Source of the DNA: an uncultured virus (IMG/VR IMGVR_UViG_2703719318_000005) | Lineage: Duplodnaviria > Heunggongvirae > Uroviricota > Caudoviricetes | Length of the DNA stretch: 64,000 bases | Virus record (IMG/VR): IMGVR_UViG_2703719318_000005 | Direction: 5' to 3' (one strand) | Shown: piece after piece, positions 18,098 to 28,316 of the stretch | Numbering within the stretch: position 1 is the first letter of the stretch | How the letters are laid out: each line of letters opens with the position of its first letter | Translations under genes and position numbers: made by a program | Notes under the pieces: model-generated | Databases searched by the model: none | What the model was told of the DNA's origin: nothing | Seen by the model: the letters and a program-made list of their open reading frames with translations, nothing else

Positions 18098-18937
18098 ATG
18101 GGAGAAGGTAAAGGCTGGATAAGCATATATAGAATTATTCAAGAGCATTGGCTGTGGCAGGAGAAACCTTTTGATAAAGCACATGCCTGGATTGACCTTC
18201 TCCTGTCAGCCAATCATAAAGAAAATAAGGTTTTATTAGGGAATGAATTGATTTTAATTGAAACTGGAAGTTTTATAACTTCACAATCCAAGCTTATGAA
18301 TCGTTGGGGTTGGGGCAATACAAAGATAAGGAATTTTCTAAAGCTATTAAGTAATGATGGCATGATTAAATGTTCCGGAGAAAACTACACATTAATTAAA
18401 ATTATTAATTACGAAATGTACCAAAAGCAAACTGATATAAGCCAAGTAGTACCAATGGATAGCGGGGATAGGCAAATCGACAACAAACTGGTGACAAACT
18501 ACCAACAAACTGGTGACAAACTGCGAGCAAATACAAACAATAATGATAATAATGATAATAATATATATTGTCCAAACTCGGTTGAGTTTCGACTAGCATC
18601 TTACCTCTTTAAATATATTAAACGTAATAATGAGAAAGCTAAGGAACCAAACTTACAGAAATGGTCCAAGACCTTTGATTATATTCTTAGGATTGATAAA
18701 AGAGATATAGAAGAAGTTAAGAGCATTATTAAGTGGTGCCAGAATGATAGTTTTTGGTTTAAGAATATTCTAAGTCCAGACAAGTTGAGAAAGCAATATG
18801 ATAGATTACTGGTTAGTATGAAGGATCCAAAGCCAAAAGAAAAGAGAGAGGACAACTTCAACAATTATCAGCAGCGTAAATATGATTATGATGATTTAGA
18901 AAAGAAACTTTTAGGTTGGGATAAGGAAGGAGAGTAA
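18098..18937 (+). CDS. Phage replication initiator / replisome organiser
   Basis: GWISIYR...HWLW...AWIDLLLSANH N-terminus; FWFKNILSPDKLRKQYDRL C-terminus; internal iterons. Confidence 0.8.
   Translation: MGEGKGWISIYRIIQEHWLWQEKPFDKAHAWIDLLLSANHKENKVLLGNELILIETGSFITSQSKLMNRWGWGNTKIRNFLKLLSNDGMIKCSGENYTLIKIINYEMYQKQTDISQVVPMDSGDRQIDNKLVTNYQQTGDKLRANTNNNDNNDNNIYCPNSVEFRLASYLFKYIKRNNEKAKEPNLQKWSKTFDYILRIDKRDIEEVKSIIKWCQNDSFWFKNILSPDKLRKQYDRLLVSMKDPKPKEKREDNFNNYQQRKYDYDDLEKKLLGWDKEGE
18481..18522 (+). repeat. Iteron-like direct repeat, probable phage origin
   Basis: CAACAAACTGGTGACAAACT at 18481-18500 and 18503-18522, followed by an AT-rich tract. Confidence 0.7.
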
Positions 18938-18939
18938 AA

Positions 18940-19386
18940 GTGGTAAGTGAAGCAAAATTAAATAAGATGTTTAAGGGATTAGACAGTTTAGAACCAAATG
19001 CAGCCATAGCAAAAGCAGCAAGTAAATTTAAACTTTCTAAAAGCACAGTTAAAAATTATTACAGTGAGTGGAGGAGCAATTATATGGGTGAGAAATTAGT
19101 AGATTCAGTAAAGGAGAATAAATCGGCAACTAATAAAAAGAGTGTACAAACTAAAAATGAGCATACAGTATCCAAGGAGGACACAAAAGAAAATTTAGGA
19201 CTAACTATACAAGAAATTAGGCTCAACGGTGTTAATGGCGAATATAGAGTATGTAAAGAGGGTATAGAACTTCATGGAGAAGAACAAACACTAGCATTTC
19301 AAAATATAAAGCAGTGGGAAGAATTTAAAGCGGAAATAGACAGTGTCTTTGAATATGGCAAGAGTAATAAAATACTTGCTAGTTAG
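18940..19386 (+). CDS. Hypothetical phage protein
   Basis: ORF with RBS. Confidence 0.55.
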   Translation: MVSEAKLNKMFKGLDSLEPNAAIAKAASKFKLSKSTVKNYYSEWRSNYMGEKLVDSVKENKSATNKKSVQTKNEHTVSKEDTKENLGLTIQEIRLNGVNGEYRVCKEGIELHGEEQTLAFQNIKQWEEFKAEIDSVFEYGKSNKILAS

Positions 19387-19396
19387 GATGATAAGT

Positions 19397-20107
19397 ATGC
19401 TAGAACTAAATAAAATTTACAACATAGATTGCGAAGAAGGCATGAAGCAAATTCCGAATAAATATTTTGAATTAGCTATAGTTGATCCACCGTATTTCAA
19501 AGGACCCAATAGTCGAGGATATTATGGCAGGCGAATAAACAAGCTAAATATAAAAAGGCGTGACTATACAGAAATTAAAAGCTGGGATATACCAGACGAG
19601 CAGTACTTCAAAGAACTTAAAAGAGTATCAAGGAATCAAATTATATGGGGCATAAATTATTATGATGTTTATTTAGGACCTGGAAGGATTGTTTGGGACA
19701 AAGTTAACGGAAAAAGTTCTTATAGTGATTGTGAAATTGCTTACTGCAGTATGCATGATTCAACAAGGTTATTTAGATATATGTGGAATGGTATGAACCA
19801 AGGTAAGTCTATTAGTGAAGGATGGATAATGCAGGGTGATAAAGCAAAAAACGAAAAGAGAATACATCCAACGCAAAAGCCTGTTAACCTGTATAAATGG
19901 TTATTAATGAACTATGCAAATCAAGGAGATAAAATTTTAGATACTCATGTTGGAAGTGCATCAAGTTTAGTAGCATGTCATGAAATGGGTTTTGATTTCC
20001 TAGGATTTGAAAAGGATAAAAATATATTTGAGCTGGCCAGCAAAAGATTGTTTTCTTCAATGAGCCAAATTAATATGTTTAATTCTATTAAGGACGTGGT
20101 TATGTGA
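19397..20107 (+). CDS. N6A/N4C DNA methyltransferase (beta class)
   Basis: DPPY, HPTQKP, ILDTHVGSAS. Confidence 0.9.
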   Translation: MLELNKIYNIDCEEGMKQIPNKYFELAIVDPPYFKGPNSRGYYGRRINKLNIKRRDYTEIKSWDIPDEQYFKELKRVSRNQIIWGINYYDVYLGPGRIVWDKVNGKSSYSDCEIAYCSMHDSTRLFRYMWNGMNQGKSISEGWIMQGDKAKNEKRIHPTQKPVNLYKWLLMNYANQGDKILDTHVGSASSLVACHEMGFDFLGFEKDKNIFELASKRLFSSMSQINMFNSIKDVVM

Positions 20108-20202
20108 TTAAGTTTTGGGCAGATAAGATAATTCAGCTATGTGAGCAAGGAGTTTCTTTTATAGATGCTTGCAAGATAGTTAAGGAGTGGAGGAAATGAA
20201 GA

Positions 20203-20565
20203 ATGGGTAGTTTACTAAAAACAATCTTAGAATATGGTGAGAAGAATTTTGTTGATAAAGATATAAATAATGATACAGCAGCAGAAATGTTTTTACACAA
20301 TATTCATCCAAAACAAATAGTTTTAGATATGTTTGATATACCATTTATGTTCTACGAGGTAAGTTATGAGTATACAACAGCGCGTGGAAATTACAAACAA
20401 GGTAAAAAGTATTTTGTACTTAATACCTATAGTCCACAGGAAAACATGAAAAAAGAATTAGAAAACTATATAAAGGAGTTTAATAAGAAAAATCCACAAA
20501 GGCAACTTTTAAATGTAAAGTTTCTTGAAAGTAAATGTCTTGGCTATGTAAGTTTAAGTGCATAA
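20203..20565 (+). CDS. Hypothetical phage protein
   Basis: GGAGG RBS. Confidence 0.65.
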   Translation: MGSLLKTILEYGEKNFVDKDINNDTAAEMFLHNIHPKQIVLDMFDIPFMFYEVSYEYTTARGNYKQGKKYFVLNTYSPQENMKKELENYIKEFNKKNPQRQLLNVKFLESKCLGYVSLSA

Positions 20566-20589
20566 ATTAAATATAGTTCTACGCTTTCA

Positions 20590-20799
20590 ATTCCTCTTTA
20601 AGAGGTTGGCATAGTAATATCTTAGGATAGCTTCTTAGGGTGTTATGAAAAATATAGGTTAAAACCGTAAAAGAGCACACCTAAGGGCAACCTTATCTTA
20701 TGAGCCTATAACGCAGATAACAGGGTCGTGAGGGTTAAAGTAAATCATAGGAATAAGAATGTTTTTGCCTATTCAGCTAAGCAATTTAAGTTGAATAGG
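20590..20799 (+). ncRNA. Putative structured RNA / leader
   Basis: GC-enriched intergenic region with several nested stems; the last hairpin reaches the downstream start codon. Confidence 0.4.
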
Positions 20800-21785
20800 T
20801 GAGAAAAGTGTTAGAACAAGATAGTAAATTAATTATAGCTGATGCATTAGGATCAGCAAGAAACAGAATCGAAAGCCACAATAGAATTGCAGTATCTATA
20901 AGTGGTGGAAGTGACAGCGATACGGTGCTTGATATTATAAAAAAATGTAAAACTGAAAAAGATATATTTTTTATAAATTTTAATACTGGATTAGAATATC
21001 AAGCAACTAAGGATCATTTAAAATATCTAGAAAATAAATATAAAATAAAAATAGAGACAATAAGACCTGAGAAGCCAGTACCATTATGTGTTAAGCAATA
21101 TGGAGAGCCGTTTCTTAACAAAAGAGCAAGCGAAATGATAATGCGATTGCAAAGACACAATTTCACCTGGGAAGATAAGAGTTTTGAAGAATTGTATAAA
21201 CAGTATCCTAATTGTAAGAGTGCTTTACGTTGGTGGTGTAATTGCTATGATAGCTACTCTTTAAATATAAGCAATAACAAATTTTTGAAAGAGTTTTTAA
21301 TTGAATATCCTCCAGAATTCCAAATATCAAATTTATGCTGTCATTACGCAAAGAAAGTAGTTGCAGCAGAATTCAATAAATCCCATAATATAGATTTGGT
21401 TGTAAATGGAATAAGAAAAGCAGAAGGAGGAATAAGATCAGTAAGCTACAAAAGTTGTTTTACACCAGCAAAAGATAAAAAAAAGTGTGATGTATATCGA
21501 CCTATATTTTGGTTTACAGACGATATAAAAAGGCAATATGAATTAGAAAATAATATAGTGCACAGCAAGTGCTATACGGAATATGGACTAAAGCGTACAG
21601 GCTGTACAGGATGCCCATATGGAAAAAACTTTGAGTTTGAATTAATGGTATTACAAAAGTATGAGCCTAAACTTTATAAAGCAGCGGCAAATGTTTTTAA
21701 GAATTCATATGAATACACTAGACAGTACAGGAAGTATGTTAAGCTAAAAAACAATAATGGCAATGTTCAACTATCATTGTTTTAA
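20799..21785 (+). CDS. PAPS reductase-family (PP-loop) protein
   Basis: SISGGSDS, NTGLEY, CCHYAKK, GIRKAEG, RTGCTGCP. Confidence 0.88.
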   Translation: MRKVLEQDSKLIIADALGSARNRIESHNRIAVSISGGSDSDTVLDIIKKCKTEKDIFFINFNTGLEYQATKDHLKYLENKYKIKIETIRPEKPVPLCVKQYGEPFLNKRASEMIMRLQRHNFTWEDKSFEELYKQYPNCKSALRWWCNCYDSYSLNISNNKFLKEFLIEYPPEFQISNLCCHYAKKVVAAEFNKSHNIDLVVNGIRKAEGGIRSVSYKSCFTPAKDKKKCDVYRPIFWFTDDIKRQYELENNIVHSKCYTEYGLKRTGCTGCPYGKNFEFELMVLQKYEPKLYKAAANVFKNSYEYTRQYRKYVKLKNNNGNVQLSLF

Positions 21786-21870
21786 AGAAGATGAGAGCGT
21801 GAAACCAATAGAGTCACTACCTTGGTAGGTTAGGAAGTTGAATGAAATGTGAAGAAATGGAGTTGGAAAA

Positions 21871-22074
21871 ATGAGTTGCCAAGCAGTTAAAAATGGTAAA
21901 GTTAAAAGGAAAGGTAAACCAAGTATTGAATGGCATGATGATAGCGGAAAACCTGTATATTATTGTTATGGTTGGGCTGATTATGGTACAGAAGATTTAA
22001 TAGAAACATGTTCAAAATGCCCTAAAAACGTAATATACGCACAGAGAGATTTAGAAGCAATAAATGAAAAATAA
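21871..22074 (+). CDS. Hypothetical phage protein
   Basis: ORF with RBS. Confidence 0.55.
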   Translation: MSCQAVKNGKVKRKGKPSIEWHDDSGKPVYYCYGWADYGTEDLIETCSKCPKNVIYAQRDLEAINEK

Positions 22075-22168
22075 TTCGTAATTCAAATAAAAGAAAAAAT
22101 ATCACGATTTTGGCTAAACAATCATCAATATGGATATTTTTATCACAGAAATAGCTAAATAATCACAA

Positions 22169-22399
22169 ATGTTACAAGGAAGTGAGAACGTGAAAAAAGA
22201 CGTTTTAAAGGTAATAGTTAAAGAAGGACGTGGACAGGACTTTGAAAAATATTGTAAAGAGAAAGGCATATTTTGTAGACGATATTCTTTAGAAATGCTT
22301 AAAACAAGATATAGAGCAGAGTGTAAATTAGAACAACTAAAAGGTGCTGAAATATTTATTAAGAGCGTTGAAGATATGCCGAAAGCAACTTTGGATTAA
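22169..22399 (+). CDS. Hypothetical phage protein
   Basis: ORF. Confidence 0.5.
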   Translation: MLQGSENVKKDVLKVIVKEGRGQDFEKYCKEKGIFCRRYSLEMLKTRYRAECKLEQLKGAEIFIKSVEDMPKATLD

Positions 22400-22504
22400 G
22401 TCGTATTTCAAAAATAATATGTATTAAATCTAAAATCAGGGTGTCATTTGGCTACAGCTGCAAATTTCTATTATCAAATGACACTCAATTGAAAAGGAGA
22501 GCTT

Positions 22505-22840
22505 ATGGAAATTAGTGAATTAAAAGCGAAAATAGAAAAGCAGAAGGAAATAAATACAAAGTTATATAAGCAAATTGGTACTGCAACACATGAAGACCCA
22601 CGCAACTTAAAAGCACAACCAATATTGAAGCAATGGCGAAAGGAAAGTGACAAATTAAGAAGTTTACTTAAAGAATTGCAGGAGATGGAATTAGTTAAAA
22701 AAGAACATGATAGAAAGTTAAAAGAATCAAAAACATTTGTTAATAGTTTTGGAGAAGCTACAAAAAGGAACGTAACATGTAGCACATATGAAAAAGCACA
22801 AAAAAGAATCTCTAAGGAAATTTTAAATTTTATAAGGTAG
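22505..22840 (+). CDS. Hypothetical coiled-coil protein
   Basis: AAGGAG RBS. Confidence 0.6.
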   Translation: MEISELKAKIEKQKEINTKLYKQIGTATHEDPRNLKAQPILKQWRKESDKLRSLLKELQEMELVKKEHDRKLKESKTFVNSFGEATKRNVTCSTYEKAQKRISKEILNFIR

Positions 22841-23159
22841 GTGGGATTGAATAATGGATAAATTATCACCTAAGCAACAAGGATTATGGACATATAACAT
22901 GCTAAAAAAGAGAAAAGCAAGGGCGGCAAAGCTAAAAGAAAGAGGAGACATGGAAGCAAGGCAGTTTCTTATTGTTAGCAGTATAACAGCAAATAAGAAA
23001 TACAATAATTCAAAACCGAGGTAATGAAATGATTAAAGCATGGAATAAATGGAAGAAAGGTTGTAGTTTACCTTTCAGTACATTTTTAAAGATTTATATA
23101 TATGACAGATTAATTATAAGAACCGTAAGATTATTTAATCATATAAGGAGGAAATTTAA

Positions 23160-23690
23160 TTGAAATTAGTGACTGCTGAACCTAAAAATAAAAAGATGGC
23201 AAATAAAGGGATGTACTTTGAAAATGAAGTTAAGAAAGCGAACGATTATTACAAAATGAATGGTCAAGCTTTAATTCAGAAGATAAGTACTCCATGGCAA
23301 GTTAGAAGAGCAGGGAAGAAAATAATATCAGCGTTTCCGGTTGGGAAAAGTACTTTGGATTTTAGAGGCACCGTAAAAGGTGGATTATCAATAAGCTTCG
23401 ATTGTAAAGAATCAGAAGATGAAAGAGGATTACCACTTGCTCATGTGCAGCCACACCAAATTGAGTATATGAGAAATGCACTTTCGGTAAATGAAACAAC
23501 ATTCCTACTATGCTTTATAAAACCGTTAGATAAGAGATTTTATATACCAGGAAGTATAGCTATTCAATATTGGGATAGATGGCAGCAGAATAAGGGAAAA
23601 AGAGGTTTTAACTTCATACCTCTTGACGTTATGAAAGAAGTAAAGTTTAAGGATATATATTTAGATTATTTGGAAACATTGGAGGGTTAA
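23160..23690 (+). CDS. recU: RecU Holliday junction resolvase
   Basis: NKGMYFE, KSTLDFRG, FDCKE, HQIEY. Confidence 0.88.
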   Translation: MKLVTAEPKNKKMANKGMYFENEVKKANDYYKMNGQALIQKISTPWQVRRAGKKIISAFPVGKSTLDFRGTVKGGLSISFDCKESEDERGLPLAHVQPHQIEYMRNALSVNETTFLLCFIKPLDKRFYIPGSIAIQYWDRWQQNKGKRGFNFIPLDVMKEVKFKDIYLDYLETLEG

Positions 23691-23693
23691 AAA

Positions 23694-24101
23694 ATGGTAC
23701 AAATTGGTGAAAAAGAAGATTTATCAAGAGCAGTTTTAAATGTGGATTTAAATAGTCCAATTTTTAAAACTATGATAAGAAAATTAAATGATCAAATAAA
23801 GAAAGTACTGATTAAAGTCTACAACGAAGAGTTTGAGAGCGGAGATATATCGCTCAAACTTACATTAACTGTTCCTACACAATATAAAGATTTTCCAGTA
23901 GAAAGCAATATACCAGGAGAACCACCAACAATGAAAACCTATGAATATAAGGCACTTCAATTTAAAAGCAACATTACAACTACACTAAAAAAGACAAATA
24001 AGATAGACAATGAATACCGCAGTGAAAAAGAACTAAAGAATAATGATGGTGAATTTGTGGAAGTTCCAATTGAGGACCCACAAATCAGCTTATTTGACTA
24101 A
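23694..24101 (+). CDS. Hypothetical phage protein
   Basis: ORF ending in QISLF (beta-clamp-binding-like motif). Confidence 0.6.
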   Translation: MVQIGEKEDLSRAVLNVDLNSPIFKTMIRKLNDQIKKVLIKVYNEEFESGDISLKLTLTVPTQYKDFPVESNIPGEPPTMKTYEYKALQFKSNITTTLKKTNKIDNEYRSEKELKNNDGEFVEVPIEDPQISLFD

Positions 24102-24155
24102 TTAATTCTATAAGTCCCTAGTACAAGCTGGGGACTACCTAAGGAGGTAGGAACA

Positions 24156-24425
24156 ATGTGTGATTGTATAAAACAAATAGAAGAAGAAATAAAAATTAAT
24201 TTTCCAGAAAGTGCACCAGCACTAAAAGTATCAAAAGTTAAAGAGGTAAAGTTTGAAAATTTATACTGGGACTTAGAAGACAATTGCAGAATGGGAGTAA
24301 GTATGCCTATAAGAGTTGATTATGAGAGAAAAACGAAAAAAGGTAATGTTATTAGCAAGCATGAGATTTTAAATATGCAGCCAAAGTATTGTCCATTTTG
24401 TGGGAAACCTTATAAGGAGGAATAG
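24156..24425 (+). CDS. Zn-finger hypothetical protein
   Basis: MCDC...YCPFCGK. Confidence 0.65.
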   Translation: MCDCIKQIEEEIKINFPESAPALKVSKVKEVKFENLYWDLEDNCRMGVSMPIRVDYERKTKKGNVISKHEILNMQPKYCPFCGKPYKEE

Positions 24426-24427
24426 CA

Positions 24428-24955
24428 ATGAAAGATTATCTTAATTCAGATGAAAAGAATCAGATAATGGTGTTTATGTCTATACTTCAAGTTATGGATG
24501 GAAACAGAGGTATTAATGGTCCTAAAATAGTATCAGTTTTAGAAGATTGGAGTAAAAGAAAGAATCTCACTAAAGAAGAACATAAGTATTTAAAATTTAC
24601 CAATACCTATCTTAGTAAGTTCTGTGAGAGTGTATATAACAGGTTAAACAGTAAAGAGCAAAAGCAGTTAGATAAAAGATTAAAGAAGTTTGATTTTAGG
24701 TTAGTAGATGATTATACACTTGAAAAAGTTTATAGAGATATGAGCAATAAGATGCAAAATGCAGTTATTCCAAGAGAAGAATTTTGTAAATGGTGCGAGG
24801 AAATAATGGAATGTAACTGCAAGGAATGTACTAAAGACTGGAAAGGCTGTAGGCTTCATGAGGTCTTTGAAAATAACTTTGTCCCTGAAAGTAGCTGGGA
24901 AATGGATAACTGCAGGTATGCATATAAGAACATTGAAAAGGAGAAAGCAATATGA
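24428..24955 (+). CDS. Conserved Clostridium phage protein
   Basis: MKDYLNSDEK N-terminus, Cys-rich C-terminus. Confidence 0.65.
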   Translation: MKDYLNSDEKNQIMVFMSILQVMDGNRGINGPKIVSVLEDWSKRKNLTKEEHKYLKFTNTYLSKFCESVYNRLNSKEQKQLDKRLKKFDFRLVDDYTLEKVYRDMSNKMQNAVIPREEFCKWCEEIMECNCKECTKDWKGCRLHEVFENNFVPESSWEMDNCRYAYKNIEKEKAI

Positions 24956-25296
24956 CACCAGGAGAAATAATTGAAAAGATAAAGGCTGCTCAAATAGCTT
25001 TAACCAAGGGCAATTCAGAAATTAAGACATTGGGAATTAAGAAAGCAGAAACAGAAAGAAATTATAAAATTGCATTAAATAAAAAGGTACTCGTATTAAA
25101 AACAGAAAAGTATCCAGCAACATTAATACAGGATCTATCACGTGGAGATGAAAAAGTAGCACAACTTAGAATGAATAGAGATATTGCAGAATCTGCATAC
25201 TATACAGCTATAAGTGCATCAGATAATATACGATTAGAAATTGAAACTTTAAGAAGTATGCTGACATGGTTAAGAGTTGAATTAAAAAATACTTAG
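24952..25296 (+). CDS. Hypothetical coiled-coil protein
   Basis: Coupled ORF. Confidence 0.6.
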   Translation: MTPGEIIEKIKAAQIALTKGNSEIKTLGIKKAETERNYKIALNKKVLVLKTEKYPATLIQDLSRGDEKVAQLRMNRDIAESAYYTAISASDNIRLEIETLRSMLTWLRVELKNT

Positions 25297-25307
25297 GTGG
25301 TGGTTGT

Positions 25308-26156
25308 ATGGTTAGCACACAATTAAGTATCTTTGATATAGATTTTATAGCACCTAAGGGAGAAGTCACAGAAAACAAGGTATTGGATACAAAAATAGAT
25401 AAATCGGACACAAAAAAAGATGAATCGTACACAAAAAGTCTCACTCAAAATTCTGTAACTAAAATTGAGAAAAGTAAAAAGTCACTAGAATTAACACCTG
25501 AGCAGCAAAAATTCTTAGACAAAAATGAAGTCTTAGGAAATGAGAGTCTTGAAACTTTAACAAGGATAATCTTACAATCATGCGGATGGATGGCTATAGA
25601 AGGTGTATGTAAAGAATTAAATGTAGTTAGTACCTCTTATATTGATGCTACAGGTGAAACAGAGTTTATAGTCGAAAAGAAAAGCTCTGTATTACCATCG
25701 GACAAGATTATATATCATAAAACCGATTTTGAGATAAATAATATACAGCAGCAGAGATTGCAAGAAGTTAAGCAAAAATACCAGGGGCAAATAAAGAGGA
25801 TCATACACCGACATGGAGATGAAAACATTCTTGTAGAGTTAGGAAACAAGCTATTAGACATTATAGCCACAGGTTGGGTCCTGGAATTTAAAGAGACTAT
25901 ACATGTAGATTGTGTAGAAGATGAAGTCTTAGAGGATTTTATAGTAAAAAAGGATGTTGGAAGTTTAGTCAAAGTAGGAGACTACGTAAGAGCTTGCATA
26001 GGAACTAAGAAAAGGATTGTTGAAGGGACTATAACTAGAGAATACGGACTTGGAAACTCTATTCTAAACATAAGTTTTAAAAAAGAAAACGGAGTAAGAG
26101 CGTGTACTGCAATAGGTAGATTTGCTATAAAAGCTATTTTAAAATCTCAAGTATGA
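25308..26156 (+). CDS. Hypothetical phage protein
   Basis: QLSIF motif at N-terminus. Confidence 0.6.
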   Translation: MVSTQLSIFDIDFIAPKGEVTENKVLDTKIDKSDTKKDESYTKSLTQNSVTKIEKSKKSLELTPEQQKFLDKNEVLGNESLETLTRIILQSCGWMAIEGVCKELNVVSTSYIDATGETEFIVEKKSSVLPSDKIIYHKTDFEINNIQQQRLQEVKQKYQGQIKRIIHRHGDENILVELGNKLLDIIATGWVLEFKETIHVDCVEDEVLEDFIVKKDVGSLVKVGDYVRACIGTKKRIVEGTITREYGLGNSILNISFKKENGVRACTAIGRFAIKAILKSQV

Positions 26157-26175
26157 GCAATTTGGAGGGATAATA

Positions 26176-26793
26176 ATGGAAATAAATAGAATGCTAGGTA
26201 TAACAGAAAGCTATAAAGCTCCAAAAACTATTATGGATATTTTATATGACCATGAAAAAAGGGAAAAAATATTTTTGGAATTTTTAAAGGTATACAGCAA
26301 TGATGTTTCTTATGATTGGTTTCATGAATATTTTGAAAATGAACATTCTGATAGGAAGGAAAAGAAACAGGATTTTACACCAAATTCGGTTTCGGATATT
26401 TTAACAAAGGTAGTAGATACTAAAGAGGGAACAGTGTATGATGTTGCATCAGGAACTGGTGGAATAATTATTCGAAAGTGGTGGGATGAATGTTCAAAAT
26501 CAACTCCATTTTCATACAGACCTAGCGAACATCTTTATTGTTGTGAGGAGCTTAGTGATAGAGCGATACCATTTCTACTTTTCAACTTAATGATAAGAGG
26601 CATGAACGCTATTGTTTTACATTGTGATATTTTATCAAGGGAATGCAAAGGAATCTTCTTTGTAAACAATGCAAAAGATGATTTGCTAAGTTTCTCAAGC
26701 TTAAATTTAATGCCCTATACAAAGAATGTTGAAGATTATTTTGAAGTAAAGTTTACCAATTTTAGGTATCCTTCAATAACGGAGGTGAGCTAA
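26176..26793 (+). CDS. Short N-6 DNA methylase-like protein
   Basis: QDFTPNSV, YDVASGTGG SAM-binding motif; no NPPY seen. Confidence 0.75.
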   Translation: MEINRMLGITESYKAPKTIMDILYDHEKREKIFLEFLKVYSNDVSYDWFHEYFENEHSDRKEKKQDFTPNSVSDILTKVVDTKEGTVYDVASGTGGIIIRKWWDECSKSTPFSYRPSEHLYCCEELSDRAIPFLLFNLMIRGMNAIVLHCDILSRECKGIFFVNNAKDDLLSFSSLNLMPYTKNVEDYFEVKFTNFRYPSITEVS

Positions 26794-26997
26794 ATGCAAG
26801 AATATAGAACCGAATATTGTTTGAAAGATGATGAAGCAGCATTTTACGAAGACGATAAAGTAGATATACAAAGTAATGATAAAAGAATAGTTGGAACTAT
26901 AGCAGTAATCACGGCTTACAGATTATTTATAGATACAGAAAAAGGAACACGTGATTTTGTAAACATAAGCGATATTAGGAGTGTGAAGAAGCTATGA
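26794..26997 (+). CDS. Hypothetical phage protein
   Basis: GGAGGTG RBS. Confidence 0.55.
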   Translation: MQEYRTEYCLKDDEAAFYEDDKVDIQSNDKRIVGTIAVITAYRLFIDTEKGTRDFVNISDIRSVKKL

Positions 26998-27923
26998 AGC
27001 TATCTGAATACTATGATAAATGGATTACAACTTATAAGAAAAATAACGTAAGATCAGTAACTTATCAAAAATATTTAATGACAGGTAAATCACTAAAAGA
27101 GATTGAACCTGATTGCGATATTTCCAAAATTGATAGAGGGATATATCAGAAAATTGTAAATAAATATGCTGAAGCACATGAACACTTAACAGTAATGGAT
27201 TTTCACAGACAAATTAGAGCTAGTGTTTTAGATGCAGCGGATGAAGGAATTATTGAAAGAGATTTTACAAGGAGAGTCCAAATTGGTGGGAAGCCAAAAA
27301 CTAGAAAGCTAAAAAAGTTTTTAGAAGAAGATGAAGCTAAAATATTTATTGCTGATTTAAATATCAATACCAAGGAACTTAATTGGGATCACTTCTTACT
27401 GTTATTAATTAATACTGGATTACGTTATGCTGAAGCATTAGCACTAACACCTAGTGATTTTGATTTTATAAGTAGAACAATTGATGTTAATAAATCGTAT
27501 GACTATAAGTCAAAAACCAAAACCAATAGATTTCAACCCACGAAAAATGTATCATCAAATCGTATTATATCACTAGATTTAAAAACAGCATGGATATTAA
27601 GACCGCTGATAGAAAAGCTTAATCCTACAGAACCGATATTTCCTTACTGGTATGGTGGGGGGCATGTAATAATATATAATTCGACCATAAATGATATTAT
27701 AGCTAGACATTGTAATAACGTAGGAATCAACAAAATAACAGTGCATGGGCTAAGACATACACATGCGAGTCTTTTAATAGCGAAGAAAGTTAGTATACAA
27801 GCAGTGGCTAAAAGATTGGGACATGCTAATACAATAACAACTCAGTCGACGTATATTCATCCACTGAAAGCAGCAATGAAGGAAGCAGACGAAAAGATTG
27901 AAAGCATTTTAGTAAATATGTAA
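26994..27923 (+). CDS. Tyrosine recombinase
   Basis: TGLRYAE, HGLRHTHAS, RLGH, TYIH catalytic residues. Confidence 0.92.
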   Translation: MKLSEYYDKWITTYKKNNVRSVTYQKYLMTGKSLKEIEPDCDISKIDRGIYQKIVNKYAEAHEHLTVMDFHRQIRASVLDAADEGIIERDFTRRVQIGGKPKTRKLKKFLEEDEAKIFIADLNINTKELNWDHFLLLLINTGLRYAEALALTPSDFDFISRTIDVNKSYDYKSKTKTNRFQPTKNVSSNRIISLDLKTAWILRPLIEKLNPTEPIFPYWYGGGHVIIYNSTINDIIARHCNNVGINKITVHGLRHTHASLLIAKKVSIQAVAKRLGHANTITTQSTYIHPLKAAMKEADEKIESILVNM

Positions 27924-27973
27924 AACATTTAAGCAAGGAATAGAAATTTAAATAGTTCTTAATAGGTGTTGAT

Positions 27974-28135
27974 ATGAAAGTAATGATAATGGCATTTAGA
28001 AAGAATAGTTGGTATGGAACTATAGGGTTTGTTGGCAAGCATTACGCAGTTTTGAGTCAAGACAACTATAGTTATAAGGTTAAGGTTGGTAAAGAGGTAA
28101 AGAATGTAAATAAATGTGATGCGGTGGTGATTTGA
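27974..28135 (+). CDS. 53-aa hypothetical protein
   Basis: AGGTG RBS. Confidence 0.45.
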   Translation: MKVMIMAFRKNSWYGTIGFVGKHYAVLSQDNYSYKVKVGKEVKNVNKCDAVVI

Positions 28136-28305
28136 TGAGACTTATAGATGCAGATAAGCTTGTTGAAGAAATAAGAAAAAATGATTTAGAGTTTATGCAA
28201 CAAATGGACATAGTTGATTGCTTAAAAGATATTATAGACAGGCAACCCACAGTTACAAAAACCGTGGAAATTAAAAAGATTGATGTTTTTGATAATGGAA
28301 AATAG
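28135..28305 (+). CDS. 56-aa phage protein (MRLIDAD family)
   Basis: MRLIDADKL...IIDRQPTV. Confidence 0.65.
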   Translation: MRLIDADKLVEEIRKNDLEFMQQMDIVDCLKDIIDRQPTVTKTVEIKKIDVFDNGK

Positions 28306-28316
28306 GAGTTGATTAA

